A stretch of 59,997 nt of DNA, the filler included, from Asterionella formosa (Eukaryota), in the NCBI GenBank assembly GCA_002256025.1. It is 5 parts of 5 records of this genome, joined end to end, with 100 filler letters (N's around TTAATTAATTAA, not from the genome) between each part and the next. Parts side by side here need not be neighbours in the genome. Positions count along the whole stretch, not along the records: positions 24,066 to 35,996 come from NKIB01008045.1; positions 36,097 to 48,004 come from NKIB01008058.1; 3 more parts are not named here. One strand, written 5' to 3'. Positions 24,401-38,140 of this stretch are shown in pieces. Position numbers and translations under genes: made by a program. The notes beneath the pieces are model-generated. The model was not told the origin of the DNA. It was given only the letters and a program-made list of their open reading frames with translations, and searched no databases. Position 1 is the first letter of the stretch. Each line of letters opens with the position of its first letter.

Positions 24401-25565
24401 AATTCGGGCGCGCCAGGAATTCCTATTTGACGTTTTCCATTAGTGAATTTATCTCTTTATTATGGCGCACGAGCGAAAGCGCAATGACGTCGTAGCCATA
24501 TTAAATAAATTTTAGAGGATACTAAATTAGTTTTCTAGCGGAGGAATATTATTATAGCTGAATACGTATATAAAAGGTGATGCTTGCTCAATCGAGTAAA
24601 CGTGAAAATATCCAATTTTCGCAATTTCACGTCGACAGCAACCTTTCGGCGATAATACCTAATTAACAATGTACACAATGCAACAATACAAGTACGAAAG
24701 TATTTACTCGCTATATAAATCTGAACAACTCGTTCGTGACAATAAATAGCGTATCTTGTAAACTAAGTTCAAACCGTGCGTTTACTCCGTTTAGCGGTGG
24801 CTTACAGTTTTTAAGTTGTATATATATTTAGATTGTACATCGCTTTATGGGCATGCACCAGAACTACAATCTATACTCCGATCGACGACCATGGGTCATG
24901 TATACGACCCGGCGGCTCGGCAAATATTTGAAAGTGCACTCAAGTAGCGGTACGAGTACCGGTATTTCCAATGATGATCATCTATGTACCGGTACTGGTA
25001 TCCGTCGTGAATATTGCACCGGACTGTCAGTACACCGAAGAAAATGTTACATGTTTATCCAATGTGGCCGGCGTGGGTTTGCACGACCTCGCAAACCAGG
25101 CGAATCAAACAGAGGAATGTACTTCATGCTCACCAATCATATATAATATATCTGGAAGCGGGTACTTACAATGGAATTTTTCGGACTGGAGATTTTAGGA
25201 CTAAAAATTCCGGCACACGACTACCATTCCGATGATTACGTTTCGGCACTTAATAATTCTGATTCCGATATTTTGGCGACCGTAGAAAAGGCCGATTTTG
25301 TCGAGTTTTTGGACGACGATAGCTAAACGTTTGCTGGGTCTGACGACGATTTAGATACCGGTGCATAGGTAACTTTCAAATAGCATCAGTATATAACTTC
25401 TGGCGAGAAACTGCAGAAAGGAACTTCGGTTTTTTTACTATGCCAAATAAACAGATTTCGACATTGGTATTGTCTATTGGTGATGGAGGAGACGCAATAA
25501 CATGTTGTTCTTGTACAAACAAGGTGACATTGATATCTAGCTATTGTCACCTCGTACTTAGGTTA

Positions 25566-25875
25566 AAAGTAAGATCAAATGAGCTAAAAGTTGTTATCTG
25601 TGATCTTATTTATTGGCAATCATATCTAAGAACCAGAAAGTATGATCTGTAATTTTTTAGTACCAAGATATATTCATTTTAAAAGTAAGATAAAAAAGCT
25701 ACAAATTGTTATCTGTGATCTTATTTATTGGCAATCGTTTCTAACCAAAGTATGAAATGTAATTTTTTAGCAGTAAGATACGTTCATGTTAAAAGTAAGA
25801 TCAAAAAAGCTAAAAATTGTCATCTGTGATCTTATTTATTGGCAATCATTTCTAACCAGGAGGTATGATCTGTAA
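25566..25875. repeat. About 3 x 110-115 bp AT-rich tandem repeat
   Basis: AAAAGTAAGAT...ATCTGTGATCTTATTTATTGGCAATC recurs at about 25566, 25681 and 25791. Confidence 0.9.
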
Positions 25876-26871
25876 ATCATAAAGATTGATTCGAGTGATT
25901 CATCTACCAGTAAATATTTTTTGATTTGTACCATATGAAAAATTTCGTATGACTCCCACTAATTGAGGGGCTTAATTAAATTACTTACTTGTAGGTACAA
26001 GAATTGATGTGGAAAAATTCAAAGACAGTACATCAGGTTGTGGAAAACAATGATATACTCGTCATGCATTGCATATATTTGAATTATGTATAAGCTAAAT
26101 TGATGAGAGTATAAACATTATGTCTATATATTTATACGTTTTCAAATTTTTATAAATGTATACATAGCCTATACATTTGAAATCATGTTTAGAGGTTCCT
26201 TGTTATGCCTACCGGTACCACATGATCCTGAAATGAAAGATAATCTCTGCCCTGTGACAAGGAAAACTGAAAGAAGGACGCTTCAATGCACACAATGATG
26301 ATAAACCTTGCGACTTAAAAGGATTGAAAATGGAAGAGTGAATGGAATCTAGCTATGGTTTGTCAAGAGTACATGCCAAGGTGATCAATTGTTGGGTTCA
26401 CAAGGACTAAATGATTGCCTCCTTCCCTAGCAATTCAAAAGCACATTTCGCATTCAGCGGGATACCACCAATGTCGACCAAAAATATGTAAATGCTATTG
26501 TTGAATCAATGAGCTACTGTTAGAACATCACTGACACATGTTTGTTTTTCAATCTTTCAGGATATTTTTAATCAAAGATTGTTGTTGTAAGTTGTAAATG
26601 ACATTGGTGGAACGGTTTATTGATTTGTACTTATGTGATCATAGTCTGACACATTATTTCACTGAATTATGCGAAAAGTTCATCAATTTCTGGTAAATGG
26701 AGCATGCTAAAATGGGACTGCAGTGTTGAGATATAAACAAAACATGGCTAACGAGCGAGTCATTCCTTCTCATTGTTGTTATGATTAGGAAATCAAAATA
26801 GATAAAACAGAATCGGATCAAAAGGAAATGGGATTTGCAGCATGTAGTCAGATGAGTTTCAGAATCTGAGT

Positions 26872-27050
26872 GAAAGGGAGGCAGGAGGCATGCATCAAGA
26901 GATTTGAAGGCAGGAGGCAATGCATCCTCAAGAGCATCAAAGGGAAGCGGAGTGGAGGCAGGCATCCTCAAGAGCATTGAAGGGAGTCGGAGAAGGCATG
27001 CATCCTCACGAGCATTGAAGGGAGGCAGGAGGCATGCATCAAGAGTATTG
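26872..27050. repeat. Degenerate purine-rich minisatellite (~35-40 bp, about 5 copies)
   Basis: Recurrent GAAGGGAGGCAGGAGGCATGCATC(CTC)AAGAGCATT. Confidence 0.8.
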
Positions 27051-27468
27051 CGACAATAGAAAAGGGGAACATTGGCTGTTTAACCACACAAATCCATTTC
27101 AACCTATTTTTAACAGCTATTTCGATTAGAGTTACCATCATATAAGGCAGGATAGGTAAATGATAAAAGGATATATATCATAGGATAATGGTTTGCTTAT
27201 TATGAGTAAGCTTAGACTGTTCACTTTCATAGTATGTATGATAACGAAATATGTATCATGCACAGAAAAACTCTGTGCCAGCTATCGTATGCCCCTGATC
27301 TTATAAGTACGATATTTTTCATTTGCAGATGTACCCAAAACCTTATAAATATGATGTTTTTATTTACAGACATAACAATGAGGGAATTCATGTGCTTGTA
27401 AAGATTTGCATGCAACCAATATCTCATTAGTTGCCCTGGCCATAATCACATGATGTTTTTCAGTCATT

Positions 27469-29953
27469 GTCTGCAAATAAAAAGTATCATGCTAAGTGGA
27501 ACAGGATTTTCGTACATATGATAATTTTTGGATCAAAACTATGATCAAAGTATCTTATAACTATGATGATTTATTAATATTTTACCGACCTTGATGTATA
27601 ATGATAATAAGAACATTATCACACAATGTATATCAACTGATCAACAACATTTCCCATCAATATCCTAAACCTTCTCATATTATTTTCACTTCTCGTGATC
27701 GCCCGATGTAAATTATAACTACAACGTATCCTAAAATCAGCTCAACTCTATGCTATCATGTTAATTGTTTCATCGTAAATCTATCGTAAACATGATCATA
27801 ATTCTAATCACAAGCATTGTTCAAAATCGATTGGAATAAATCGTAATTTAACTATCAAATTTAACAATGATATTTCTGTTTCGACAGCTACCCGAGGAAT
27901 GTTTCTCTCCTCTCCACTCGTCTCAATGTATATTGTTCTTATCTGGCCCTTTTCTTCCTCTATTCTGAATCTTGTGCCAAGCAATGCCTTACTAATGTTG
28001 CGTCTCTCTCCCTGCTGTTAGTGTCATTCTGAACTCGCCGACTATTCCGTTGTTTGATCGGTTTTATTTTCCTATGCAGTTACAGTACCAATGAGAAGGA
28101 ATGACTTGTTAGCTAGACATGTTACGCTGACACCACAACATCACGCCATTCCATCATATCCTCTTGCTTGTTTCACTTACCACAGCCAAATCAAAGCAAG
28201 TGATGCATAAGTCTGTAATAGTAAATTGTCAGTAAATATTTGAATAAGTAAGTTTCAGGTTTCCAATGTTGCTGAATAAAACTTACCGATTCATTTTCGT
28301 TAGCTTAACTTTGAGAGAAGGTGAACATGGCGTGGTGTCTGTCAGTTATGTTCCATCAGAAGTGAATAAGTCCAATGACAAGAGCACTTACCAATTTTGT
28401 TTTGTTTTACATTGGCATTGGTGCTCCCCAACAAGCAAAACGAGCTGTTGAATCAACTTAGAAAAAAGGAAATGTGCTTTTAGTTTACAATTTATTGTTG
28501 TCCTGCCTCCCAATGATTGTCATCCAAGTACCACATTGATGGCTTCATTACCTTAAACATACTCCATCCTTCGAAGGCGCAATGTGTCGAAGCCACAATG
28601 TTTTTTGTTATGTATAATTGCGTGAACTTTTCTTTCTTGTCATGTGCTTTACTTCGATATTTCTTTTCATGAAGCAGGCATTGTTTGTTAACATGACAGA
28701 ATGATTTCAAATATATTTGCCATGTATATAGCTATATAATTAGTAAATAAATATAAATATATCAAGTGTCATACATTTATAAAAATCAAAGGCGCTCTCA
28801 ATATGGCACTTCTGGTAGCTAGTATTGTTGAGATGATCATATTCCCATATTAATAATTCGAAAATACTCAATGCACAATATGTCCATCGTTTTCCACAAC
28901 TTTGTGTACCGGTACTGTTTCTGAAATTTGTTTGCATCAATATTTTCTACGTCCGTTACACACAAATTATTTAGACCATTCAATTGGTGTACTAAATCAA
29001 AACCCGTTTGTATCATTATTTATACACAAGGATTTTGGTATCAAATTGTTTAAGCCCCTTTTTTGGGCGTGAGTTCTTCATGTGTACCGGTACATCATAT
29101 GACAATAACATTTTATCATATATATATAGAGTACCAGTAGCAGGTAGGAAGTGATATACTGGGGGTACCAGGTAGTCAGAGTACCAGGTAGTAAGCGAGC
29201 AACAGAACACCATATGTTCATGACTGTTGCTACTGCAGTGGGACAGTAAATCATCATAGTTTTAGGATCGTATGATCATAAAATTGAAAAAGGATAGTCG
29301 GAGTAGTAAGCGAACAACAGAGCACCATATGTTCATGACTGTGCCACTGCAGCGGGACAGTAAATCATCATATTTTTAGGATTGTATGATCATAAAATTG
29401 AAAAAGAATAGTCGGATTAGTAAGCAAGCAACAGAACACCATATGTTCATGACTATTGCTACTGCAGCGGGACAGTAAATCATCATAGTTTTAGGATTGT
29501 ATGATCGTAAAATTGAAAGAGGGTAGTCGGAGTAGTAAGCAAGCGACAGAACACCATATGTTCATGACTGCTGCTACTGCAGCAGGACAGTCATCATAGT
29601 TTCAGGATCGTATAATCGTATAATTGAAAACAAGATATGCTATTACTCAAACTTGGTTCTGATTTTGTATATGATAATGTAAATAGCACTTTTGGTTTTA
29701 TGGTATCATATTTAGACAGCGTAAAATATTATATGTAGTGGCTGATGATTCGTTTCATTGTAGCTAGCAACAACTGATTTTAAGATCATCGAACTTTATG
29801 GAAGACAACGACAACAGTTATCTAGTAGTATAATTTCTTCAAAAAACCGTAAAGAAATTCATGGAAACAAGCGACATGTGGCAAATACTGCCGGTATGGA
29901 ACAAAGAAGCAAGTACCAAAATGAGTTCACAAAGAAAAAGCGAATAGGCAATT
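27469..29953 (+). repeat. Long direct repeat, copy A (~2.5 kb)
   Basis: Collinear with 33077-35296 from GTCTGCAAATAAAAAGTATCATGC to AAGCGAATAGGC.ATT, with substitutions and indels. Confidence 0.93.
29187..29630. repeat. 4 x ~115-bp tandem repeat with internal palindromes
   Basis: GAACACCATATGTTC-type anchor at 29205, 29320, 29434 and 29549. Confidence 0.93.
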
Positions 29954-32430
29954 ATCTAATCGGCAACAGGGAGTTAGTGGGGGTACTACCCCATCATCGA
30001 TGGGGACACCATCAGCTACTAGTAAAAAGGGTCCCGTAATTGATACTGAAAGCAATGATGACGTTTCTTTTTCAGTTGTTGATACAAGAAAAATGGCTCC
30101 TGTTAATGGTACCATTAATAACTTCCGGATGCAGATGGACAACCATATCATAAATTTTCTAATTGCACAGACCAACAAGTGCATGACAAACTGAGGGAAA
30201 AACATTTTGCACTTGCCAATGGATATTATCAATTGGTCAATGAACTCAATCGCTACAAAGGTCGTAATTCGGTTCAAAACTCGCTTGCCCATACGAGATT
30301 ATCAAGAATCTTCAATTTCAGCAGCCTTATCAGAACGTCGTTCCAATCAATTGTCACAATGGTTGTGAGTTTTATTTTCAAGACCAAGAAGTTTTGCTGT
30401 GAACATGTAAGTTTGAGAATATAGTTCGTGAATTGCAGGTATTGTAAAACAGAATATCAATGTCATGTGCTTTTTTCTGGTCCCAAAAGAGAATCAAACA
30501 TCCTGCCCTATCTGGTCCAGGTAGTATGAAAGGCATTTCCAATAAAAAACAGGATTGCTTTGCCCAATGTTGCCTAACTCGGCTATACACAGTGAAACCG
30601 TAGTTAGGCAAAGAATTGGAGAGTGACCCAGAGCTTGCCGATTTCATATGGAATGGTTCTGATGCACTACTTCCGATGAATCAGACCATTGAATGTACCA
30701 ACAAGGCACGTTTAGATTACATCAAATCAACATTTGGTGGCATGTGCATCAAAAAGTTGAGCGAGAGAATGTCAGAATGTATTGAATAATCAATTAAAAG
30801 GAATCTTAGGTAAGTTCTTGCAGGGTGGGAGATGCTCAGAAAGCATGATGTTTTGAGTTGGTGATTATGTTCTTATCAAATATGTGACACACCAGCTGGT
30901 CTAACAGAATATAGCTAACTTCCAGACTATGGATAGCTATTGAGGACTTTATTAGGTGGGCGTTCACGCTTTATCGTTTTGCGAAGCCAAAGTACATTGA
31001 CAGGGGAAGCCAATCTCAAGGATACCAAGTCTGGCGTGATGTTCTTGCTCCAGTGTATTCTACTATAGGCAGGACAAGCCGCGGAGAACCATTCTTAACA
31101 GGAGACAAATCTGTTGTGACCAAATTTCAACTAAGTCTTCGGGCACAGTATGAATTGCAATCACGTTTTGTTGGCTCGCTGATCAATGCTAGTACAGAAG
31201 CATTTTGCTTCTTGGTGCTGAAAGGAAAATTGCGATTGCAACAAAAATATTTGGGTTTCAATCCAGATACGCAGGAAATTTCAGAGAACGATATTCGTCA
31301 TTCTACTGATTTTGTCGACATTGGTGGGAGACCACTTATCAAAAAAAGTGTGAGGGAAGAAATTTCAGTTTCAAATGGTCTCACTGATCAATGGACTGAT
31401 GATTTACTCGTTTATTATAAGGAAATCTACACTGGACTTCCACAAAAGAATCGATCTGAATATGGAAGGCAGGAATCCTAGTGGAATTGCTACTTCCACA
31501 ACAAATTTCATCTACCCACACTCATACTTCTCATTTCCCAATGTAAGTGAAGAGGATATGCATCAATATGTTGAACCACTTCAACCAAATGTTCCTGAGA
31601 AGAATATCGATTACAATGAACGCATTAATCAACGGGACATGGATGACGACGTTGATTTTGAATGGATCTAATAGAATCCAATGCATGCTTAGTAGTTAAA
31701 TAATAAATATAGTTAGTGTGAGACTTCTACAATGCACAAACCATATCATAGATGTTAGGAAAACATTGATGTTCCTCTATAATACTAGTAGTGGCGCCTG
31801 TACTGTATGTAGCGGTATACATCCATTTTTACTACAATGGTGGAGTGATAATTTCACGACTCTGTATTGTCCAGCACAGCATGATTGGAATGATGCTAAA
31901 TTAATTATTAATAATTCATTTTCATTCTATCCTGTTCATATCCTGACTTGGTCATCATTTGAAATTTGCAATGTCTTTGCGGACATTGCAATAGTGTTAT
32001 CTGTGTAACTACAAATTTCGGAAGAACAAATCCCCATCTGAGTCTCACTACCGAAATTGTAGCAACCGTGTTTTCTATGCATATGGTCACTGTCGACATT
32101 GCATGCAAGAACATCGAGTTCCTGGAATACATAATGAAACTATGTATTGCGGTAGCGCATCGAATCATTCAATGAAAGAAGTTAATGGCAGTGTAACTGC
32201 TGCAGCATTTAGGGAGAGTAGACAACAAAAAGAGATTATGTGTCCTTTCCTTGAATCAAGTGGCCACAATCATCCATTTCATGACGGCAGCGACGATTCA
32301 GTTTATAACAATATTCAGTCACAACAAGACGAACAATTGAGACTAAAAACTCTCCAAGGATTGAATTCAGAGACCATGCAATATTCAGATTTCCAAGATC
32401 GCTCAGACCGGCTTTCTCCCTGAAAATGCA

Positions 32431-33010
32431 ATGGAAATGCCCCTTCCTCCTCAATTTCAGCTTCCAAGTAAACATTCCCTAAACATGCATCCAATCGAAT
32501 TAGAACTCGTGTTATTCCTTAACGAGAATTACCTTCCACCAGTTTACATTGATCATCTAATGAAATGGCTGTTCAAGGCCAAAGCAATGAAATATTTTGA
32601 TGGAAGGTATCAAGCTCCATCCTACCAGACTTTGAAAAAAGCATGGATATTTCATTTCCAACAACATTAGCTGGTGGTCAACTGTTGACCAAACAAATAC
32701 AAATTGATAACAATTCAAACATGATCATCCCACACACACTCCATTATTTCGAACCAGTACAGCTCATGGCAGGATTGTTACGTGATTTCGATATCATGCA
32801 ACATTTTGTTTGTCACCCACAAGTGAAACTTACAACTTGTGGAGAACGCACGCATATATGACGAAGTAACTTCCGCAACTTGGTTTGAAAATGCATTGAA
32901 CAATTCTCCTGCATCCGAAAATGGAGTGTTGAAGACAGCGTGATTATTTGTTGCCCTAGCAGTTTTCAGTGATGGTTCACCTATTGATAAACAAATGAAA
33001 TGCACATTCC
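32431..33010 (+). pseudogene. Decayed Plavaka-like transposase fragment
   Basis: Read across frameshifts and stops: LVLFLNENYLPPVYIDHLMKW...FEPVQLMAGLLRD...ERTHIYDEVTSATWFENA...LFVALAVFSDGSPIDK. This follows the Plavaka (PF18759) pattern ER.Y.E..T..W...hhhhSD.T. It is cut off by repeat copy B. Confidence 0.55.
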
Positions 33011-33076
33011 GAGCATCCGTTTTTGTCGAAAATGTTAAACTTAACGTTAGAAGGAAGGAATGATTGAGAAAAGTTC

Positions 33077-35296
33077 GTCTGCAAATAAAAAGTATCATGC
33101 ATATAAGATCAAGGGTATCGTCCGCTAAGTGGCACAGGATTTTCGTATATATGATAATTTTTGGATCAAAAATATGATCAAGGTATCTTGTAACTATGAT
33201 GATTTATTAATATTTTAGCAACCTTGAAGTATAATGATAATAAGAACATTATCATCACACAATGTATATAAACTGATCAACAACATTTCCCATCAATATC
33301 CTAAACCTTCTCATATTATTTTCACTTCTCGTGATCGCCCGATGTAAATTACTATAACTACAACGTATCTTAAAACCAGCTCAACTCTATGCTATCATGT
33401 TAATTGTTTCATCGTAAATCTATCGTAAACATGATCATAATTCTAATCACAAGCATTGTTCAAAATAGATTGAAATGGATCGTAATTTAACTATCAAATT
33501 AAGCAATGCTATCTATTAATCTACATGCCAGCAACCCAACGTTTCTCTCCCTACTCGGCTCAATGTATTTTGTTCCTGTCTGGCCCTTTTCTTCCTCTTT
33601 TCTGAATCTTGTGCCAAGCAATGCCTTACTAATGTTGTGTCTCTCTCCCTGCTGTTAGTGTCATTGTGAACTCGCCGGCTATTCCGTTTGATCGGTTTTA
33701 TTTTCCTATGCATGCAGTTACAGTAACAATGAGAAGGAATGATTTGTTAGCTAGTCATGTTATATTGACACAAGAACACGCAATTACATCGTATCCTCTT
33801 GCTTCACTTACCACAAACCAATGCAACTGAGGATGCATAAGTCTGTAATAGTAACTGGTCAGTAAATTCTTGAATAAGTAAGTTTCGGGTATCCAATGTT
33901 GTCAAATAAAACTTACCGGTTCATTTCTGTCATCTTAACTTTGAGAGAAGGTAAACGTGGCGTGGTGTCTGTCAGTTATGTTCCATCAGAAGTGAATAGT
34001 AGGTCCAACGAGCGACAAGAGCACTTACGCAATTTGGTTTTGTTTTACATTGGTGCTTCCCAAAACAAGCGAAACGAGCTGTTGAATCAACTGAGAAAAA
34101 AGGAAATGTGCGTTTAGTTTACAATTTGTTGTTGTCCTGCCTCCCAACGATTGTCATCCATGTACCACATTGATGGCTTCATTACCTTAAACATTCTCCA
34201 TCCTTCGAAGGCGCAATGTGTCGAAGTCACAATGTTTTTCGTTATGTATTGCGTAAACTTTCTTTTCTTGTCATGTGCTTTACTATGACGTATCTTTTCA
34301 TGAAGCAGGGGGCATTGTTTGTTAACATGACAGAACAATTTCAAAAAGATATATGCCATGAATATAGTAATAAAATTTGTAAATATATTTATAAAATTCA
34401 AAGGCGCTCTCGATATGGAACATCTGATATGGTTAAAATGATCATACTCGCATATACATAATTCGAAAATACTCAATGCACTATATGTCCATTGTTTTCC
34501 ACGACTACGTGTACCGGTATTATTTCTGAAATTTGTTTGCATCGATATTTTCTACGTCCGTTGAAACTAATTATTTAGACCATTCAATTGGTGTAAGTCA
34601 TAACCGCCAGGGTTTTGGTAGCAAATTGTTTAAGCCCCTTTTTTGGTTGGGAGCTCTTCATGTGTACCGGTACATCATATGACAATAACAATATATCATA
34701 TATATATACAGAGTACCAGGAGCAGGTAGTAAGTGATATACTGGGGGTAGTCAGAGCAGTAAACTGGCAACAGAACACCATATGTTCATGACTGTTGCTA
34801 CTGCAGTGGGACAGTAAATCATCATAGTTTTAGGATCGTATGATTGTAAAGCTAAAAACCAATAGAACACCTTACGTTCAGGACTGTTGCTACTGCAGTG
34901 GGACAGTAAATCATCATAGTTTTAGGATTGTATGATTGTAAAACTAAAACCCAATAGAACACCATATGTTCAGGACTGTTGCTACTGCAGTGGGACAGTA
35001 AATCATCATAGTTTTAGGATTGTATGATCATGAAACTGAAAAGCGGTAGTCGGAGTAATAAGCAAGCAATAAAACACCATATGTCTATGACTGCTGCTAC
35101 TGCAGCAAGACAGTAAATGAATTTAAGATCAACGAACTTTAAGGAAGACAACGACAACAGTTGTCAAGTAGTACCATGTCTTCAAGTAACCATAAAGAGG
35201 TTCATGGAAACAAGCGACATGTGGCAAATACTGCCGGTATGGAACAAAGAAGCAAGTTCCAAAATGAGTTTACAAAGAAAAAGCGAATAGGCGATT
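33077..35296 (+). repeat. Long direct repeat, copy B (~2.2 kb)
   Basis: Collinear with 27469-29953. Confidence 0.93.
34765..35118. repeat. 4-copy tandem repeat (periods 92, 92 and 115 bp), same family as 29187-29630
   Basis: Anchors at 34773, 34865, 34957 and about 35072. Confidence 0.9.
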
Positions 35297-35996
35297 GTTT
35301 TCCTCCTCATCTGATCTTTTGCAATACACAATTAGCACATAGTTACTTTCGTGATGAAGTGGATGACATTCACCTTGGTATATATATGGATTGTCATTAC
35401 CCTTTTCTGGGTTCTCAACCAGATCAAATATAACCTTTACATCACTTGGATGAAGTTCATAAATTATATAATGCTGGATCAGAGAGGTAATTGTTTCAAG
35501 GTCCCAATATGCAAGATCTTTAAAATCTGAAGATGATTTTTTGATACTACCTTTGACTCCATAAAATACAGAGGCGTAATTGCATATATCTTGCGGGGTA
35601 CGAGTATACAAATCTTTCCACAATTTTAGTTGTCCATGACTTTTCGGCAAAATCAAGGAAAATGCCGTTTGCTTTGGCATAATAACTCTACACATTAAAC
35701 ATGCCGACTTTTCACAAAAGTAGCTGCCTTCTGGATTGTTTTCAATGATTTTACAAAGAAATTATTTTTCTTCCATGTACGATTTGGAAAAAGATTCAAT
35801 TTTGTGTTTCTGACTTCGTTCCCTATTCAGAGCATCAACTGCCTTAGCCAGCATCACATCTATGTCTGAATTGATCTTCTTGAATTCGAGGTCTTGATCT
35901 AGCTTGGACTTTTTCTTGAATATCTGTTCTTTTTGAAATGCAATAGTTTCTCTGCTTTCATGATGTTCATCTTGATGTTCTGGACGGATAGTGAGA

Positions 35997-36096
35997 NNNN
36001 NNNNNNNNNNNNNNNNNNNNNNNNNNNNNNNNNNNNNNNNTTAATTAATTAANNNNNNNNNNNNNNNNNNNNNNNNNNNNNNNNNNNNNNNNNNNN
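35997..36096. other. Artificial contig linker
   Basis: 44 N + TTAATTAATTAA + 44 N. Confidence 0.99.
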
Positions 36097-38120
36097 GAAC
36101 CACCAGCACTAGCACCTTTATTTATAATAAAACCTATGCAGCTGTTGGAACTTACACCGTAACTTTAAGAGCTATCTCAAGTACAGGTTGTGTAAGCTAT
36201 GCTACTCAAACCGTAACGGTAACACCAAGTGCAAGTGCAGCCTTTAGCTACACTCCAAATAGCTGTTCAAGCAAAGCAGTGGTATTTAGTAGTGCCGCTT
36301 CGGTATCTGCAAGTACCTACTACTGGACATTTGGTGATGGTCAAACATCTACACTTGCTAACCCAACACATACCTATGCTGCTGATGGAAACTATAGTGT
36401 AACCTTACGTATTAATAATACAAGCACTAGTGCTCCACAAACAGTTGCAGTAGTAAGTAACCCAGTTGTTGGTGCAATTGTTAGAACAGTTAGCTCATGC
36501 AGCAACTTGTATACCTTTACAAATACCTCAACAGGTAGCACCTTAACGTATGCTTGGACCTTCTCAGGCGGAACAGGAGCCACATCGGTAACCAATACAG
36601 CTACTCGCTCGTATGCTTCATCTGGAACACAAACAGTAGATTTAGTAGTAACTGCTGCTGGAAGATGTTCAACAAGTGCTACCCAAATGAGCTTCACTGC
36701 TGCTTCGGCTGCAACTGGAGTAACTGCTGCGGTGGTGGTATCGGCAAGCAACCCTTGTAATACAACTAGAACCATTAATAATACAGGAAGCGTTGGAGCT
36801 AGCTCATACAGAGTTAAATTAGATGGTGGTGCATATGTAACTAAATCTACTTTCCCTTATGATACAATAGGATTAACAGTTGGAACCCATACGTTGAAAT
36901 TAGTAGCTACTAATGGTACATGTTATGATACAACTACAACTACCTTTGTAATTGGCAGCGTAACGGCAGCATACACTTCTGCTTCTAGCACGTGTGGTAC
37001 TTCGGTTACCTTTACCAATACTTCTACAGCAACTAGCGGTACACCAACCTATGCTTGGAACTTTAACTCAGGTGAAGGAACATCAACATCAACTTCTCCA
37101 ACCTTTGCGTTTGCAACTTCTGGAACTAAAACAGTAAGCTTAACAGCTACTTTGGCCAATGGTTGTTCAACAACAGTAACTAAGAGTAATATCACTGCTA
37201 ACTCAGGCACTGGTCCGGTGGCAGGCTTTACTTGGAGTATGGTTACAGGTGGTGTATGTAATACAGGTATAAGATTTACCAGTACATCAACTGGAGCAAC
37301 AAGTTATACTTGGAACTATGGCGATGGTACAGTATCTATTCCATCCTCAACTACAACAATCTTCCACTCATATGCTTCAACAGGTTCGTTCTTAGCAACC
37401 TTAACAGCAAGCAGTGGAGCAGGTTGTTCAAGTACAACAACTGCAACCGTGGTTGTAACAGCAACAGGATACCCTAAACCAGAATCGAGCTTCTCTACCG
37501 CTACTGCTACACAATGTGTAACAGGCAATAGATTTGACTTCTTTAACCGTACCACGTATAATGGTGCTGGATGGGTTCCAAATTACTATTGGGAATTTGG
37601 TGATGGTACACATAATTATACCAACACCCACGTTTATGGCAAAACCTATGCAGCTGCTGGTACCTACCAAGTACGTTTAGTAGGAGTGAGCAACTATGGT
37701 TGTAAAGACACTAGTTATATGAACGTAGTAGTTCAAGCAGTAGGTTCATGTACTCCTGGTATGATTAGAGGAAGTATTGACGATAAGAACAGTTCTGGTG
37801 GTAGCTTAGATGCAGCATCTAGCAATACAGCTGCAACAGGTTTAACAACTGTATCAAATGATATTAGCGATCAAGTAATCCTTTATCCTAATCCAAATAC
37901 AGGCGACTTTAAACTGGGCTTAAAAGATGTACAAAGCCAAAGCGTGAACATTGTCATCGTAGATATGTTGGGTAGAGAGGTTTACGAACATACCTATGTA
38001 TTAAATGGAAGAAAAGAAATAGACTTATACGATATGAACCTAAGTGCAGGTACCTACAATTTGGTATTGCGCGGTTCGGATGAAGCAGTAGCAAGAAAAT
38101 CATTTGCTGTTGTGAAATAA
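36097..38120 (+). CDS. C-terminal part of a Bacteroidota PKD-repeat surface protein with a T9SS type-A sorting domain (5' truncated)
   Basis: Frame is open from the contig start (36099). Several PKD motifs (YYWTFGDG..PTHTY, YTWNYGDG, YYWEFGDG). C-terminal LYPNP..IVDMLGREV..LSAGTYNLVL..KSFAVVK. Confidence 0.92.
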
Positions 38121-38140
38121 GACTAAGCACACATTCTAAG

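Noticed and set aside
29187..35118. Palindromic repeats with linkers resembling a CRISPR array
   Set aside because: The linkers are homologous to each other, the core is ~75 bp, and the context is eukaryote-like repeat DNA.
27469..35296. LTR retrotransposon
   Set aside because: No TG...CA termini, primer-binding site, gag, RT or integrase motifs are visible between the repeats.
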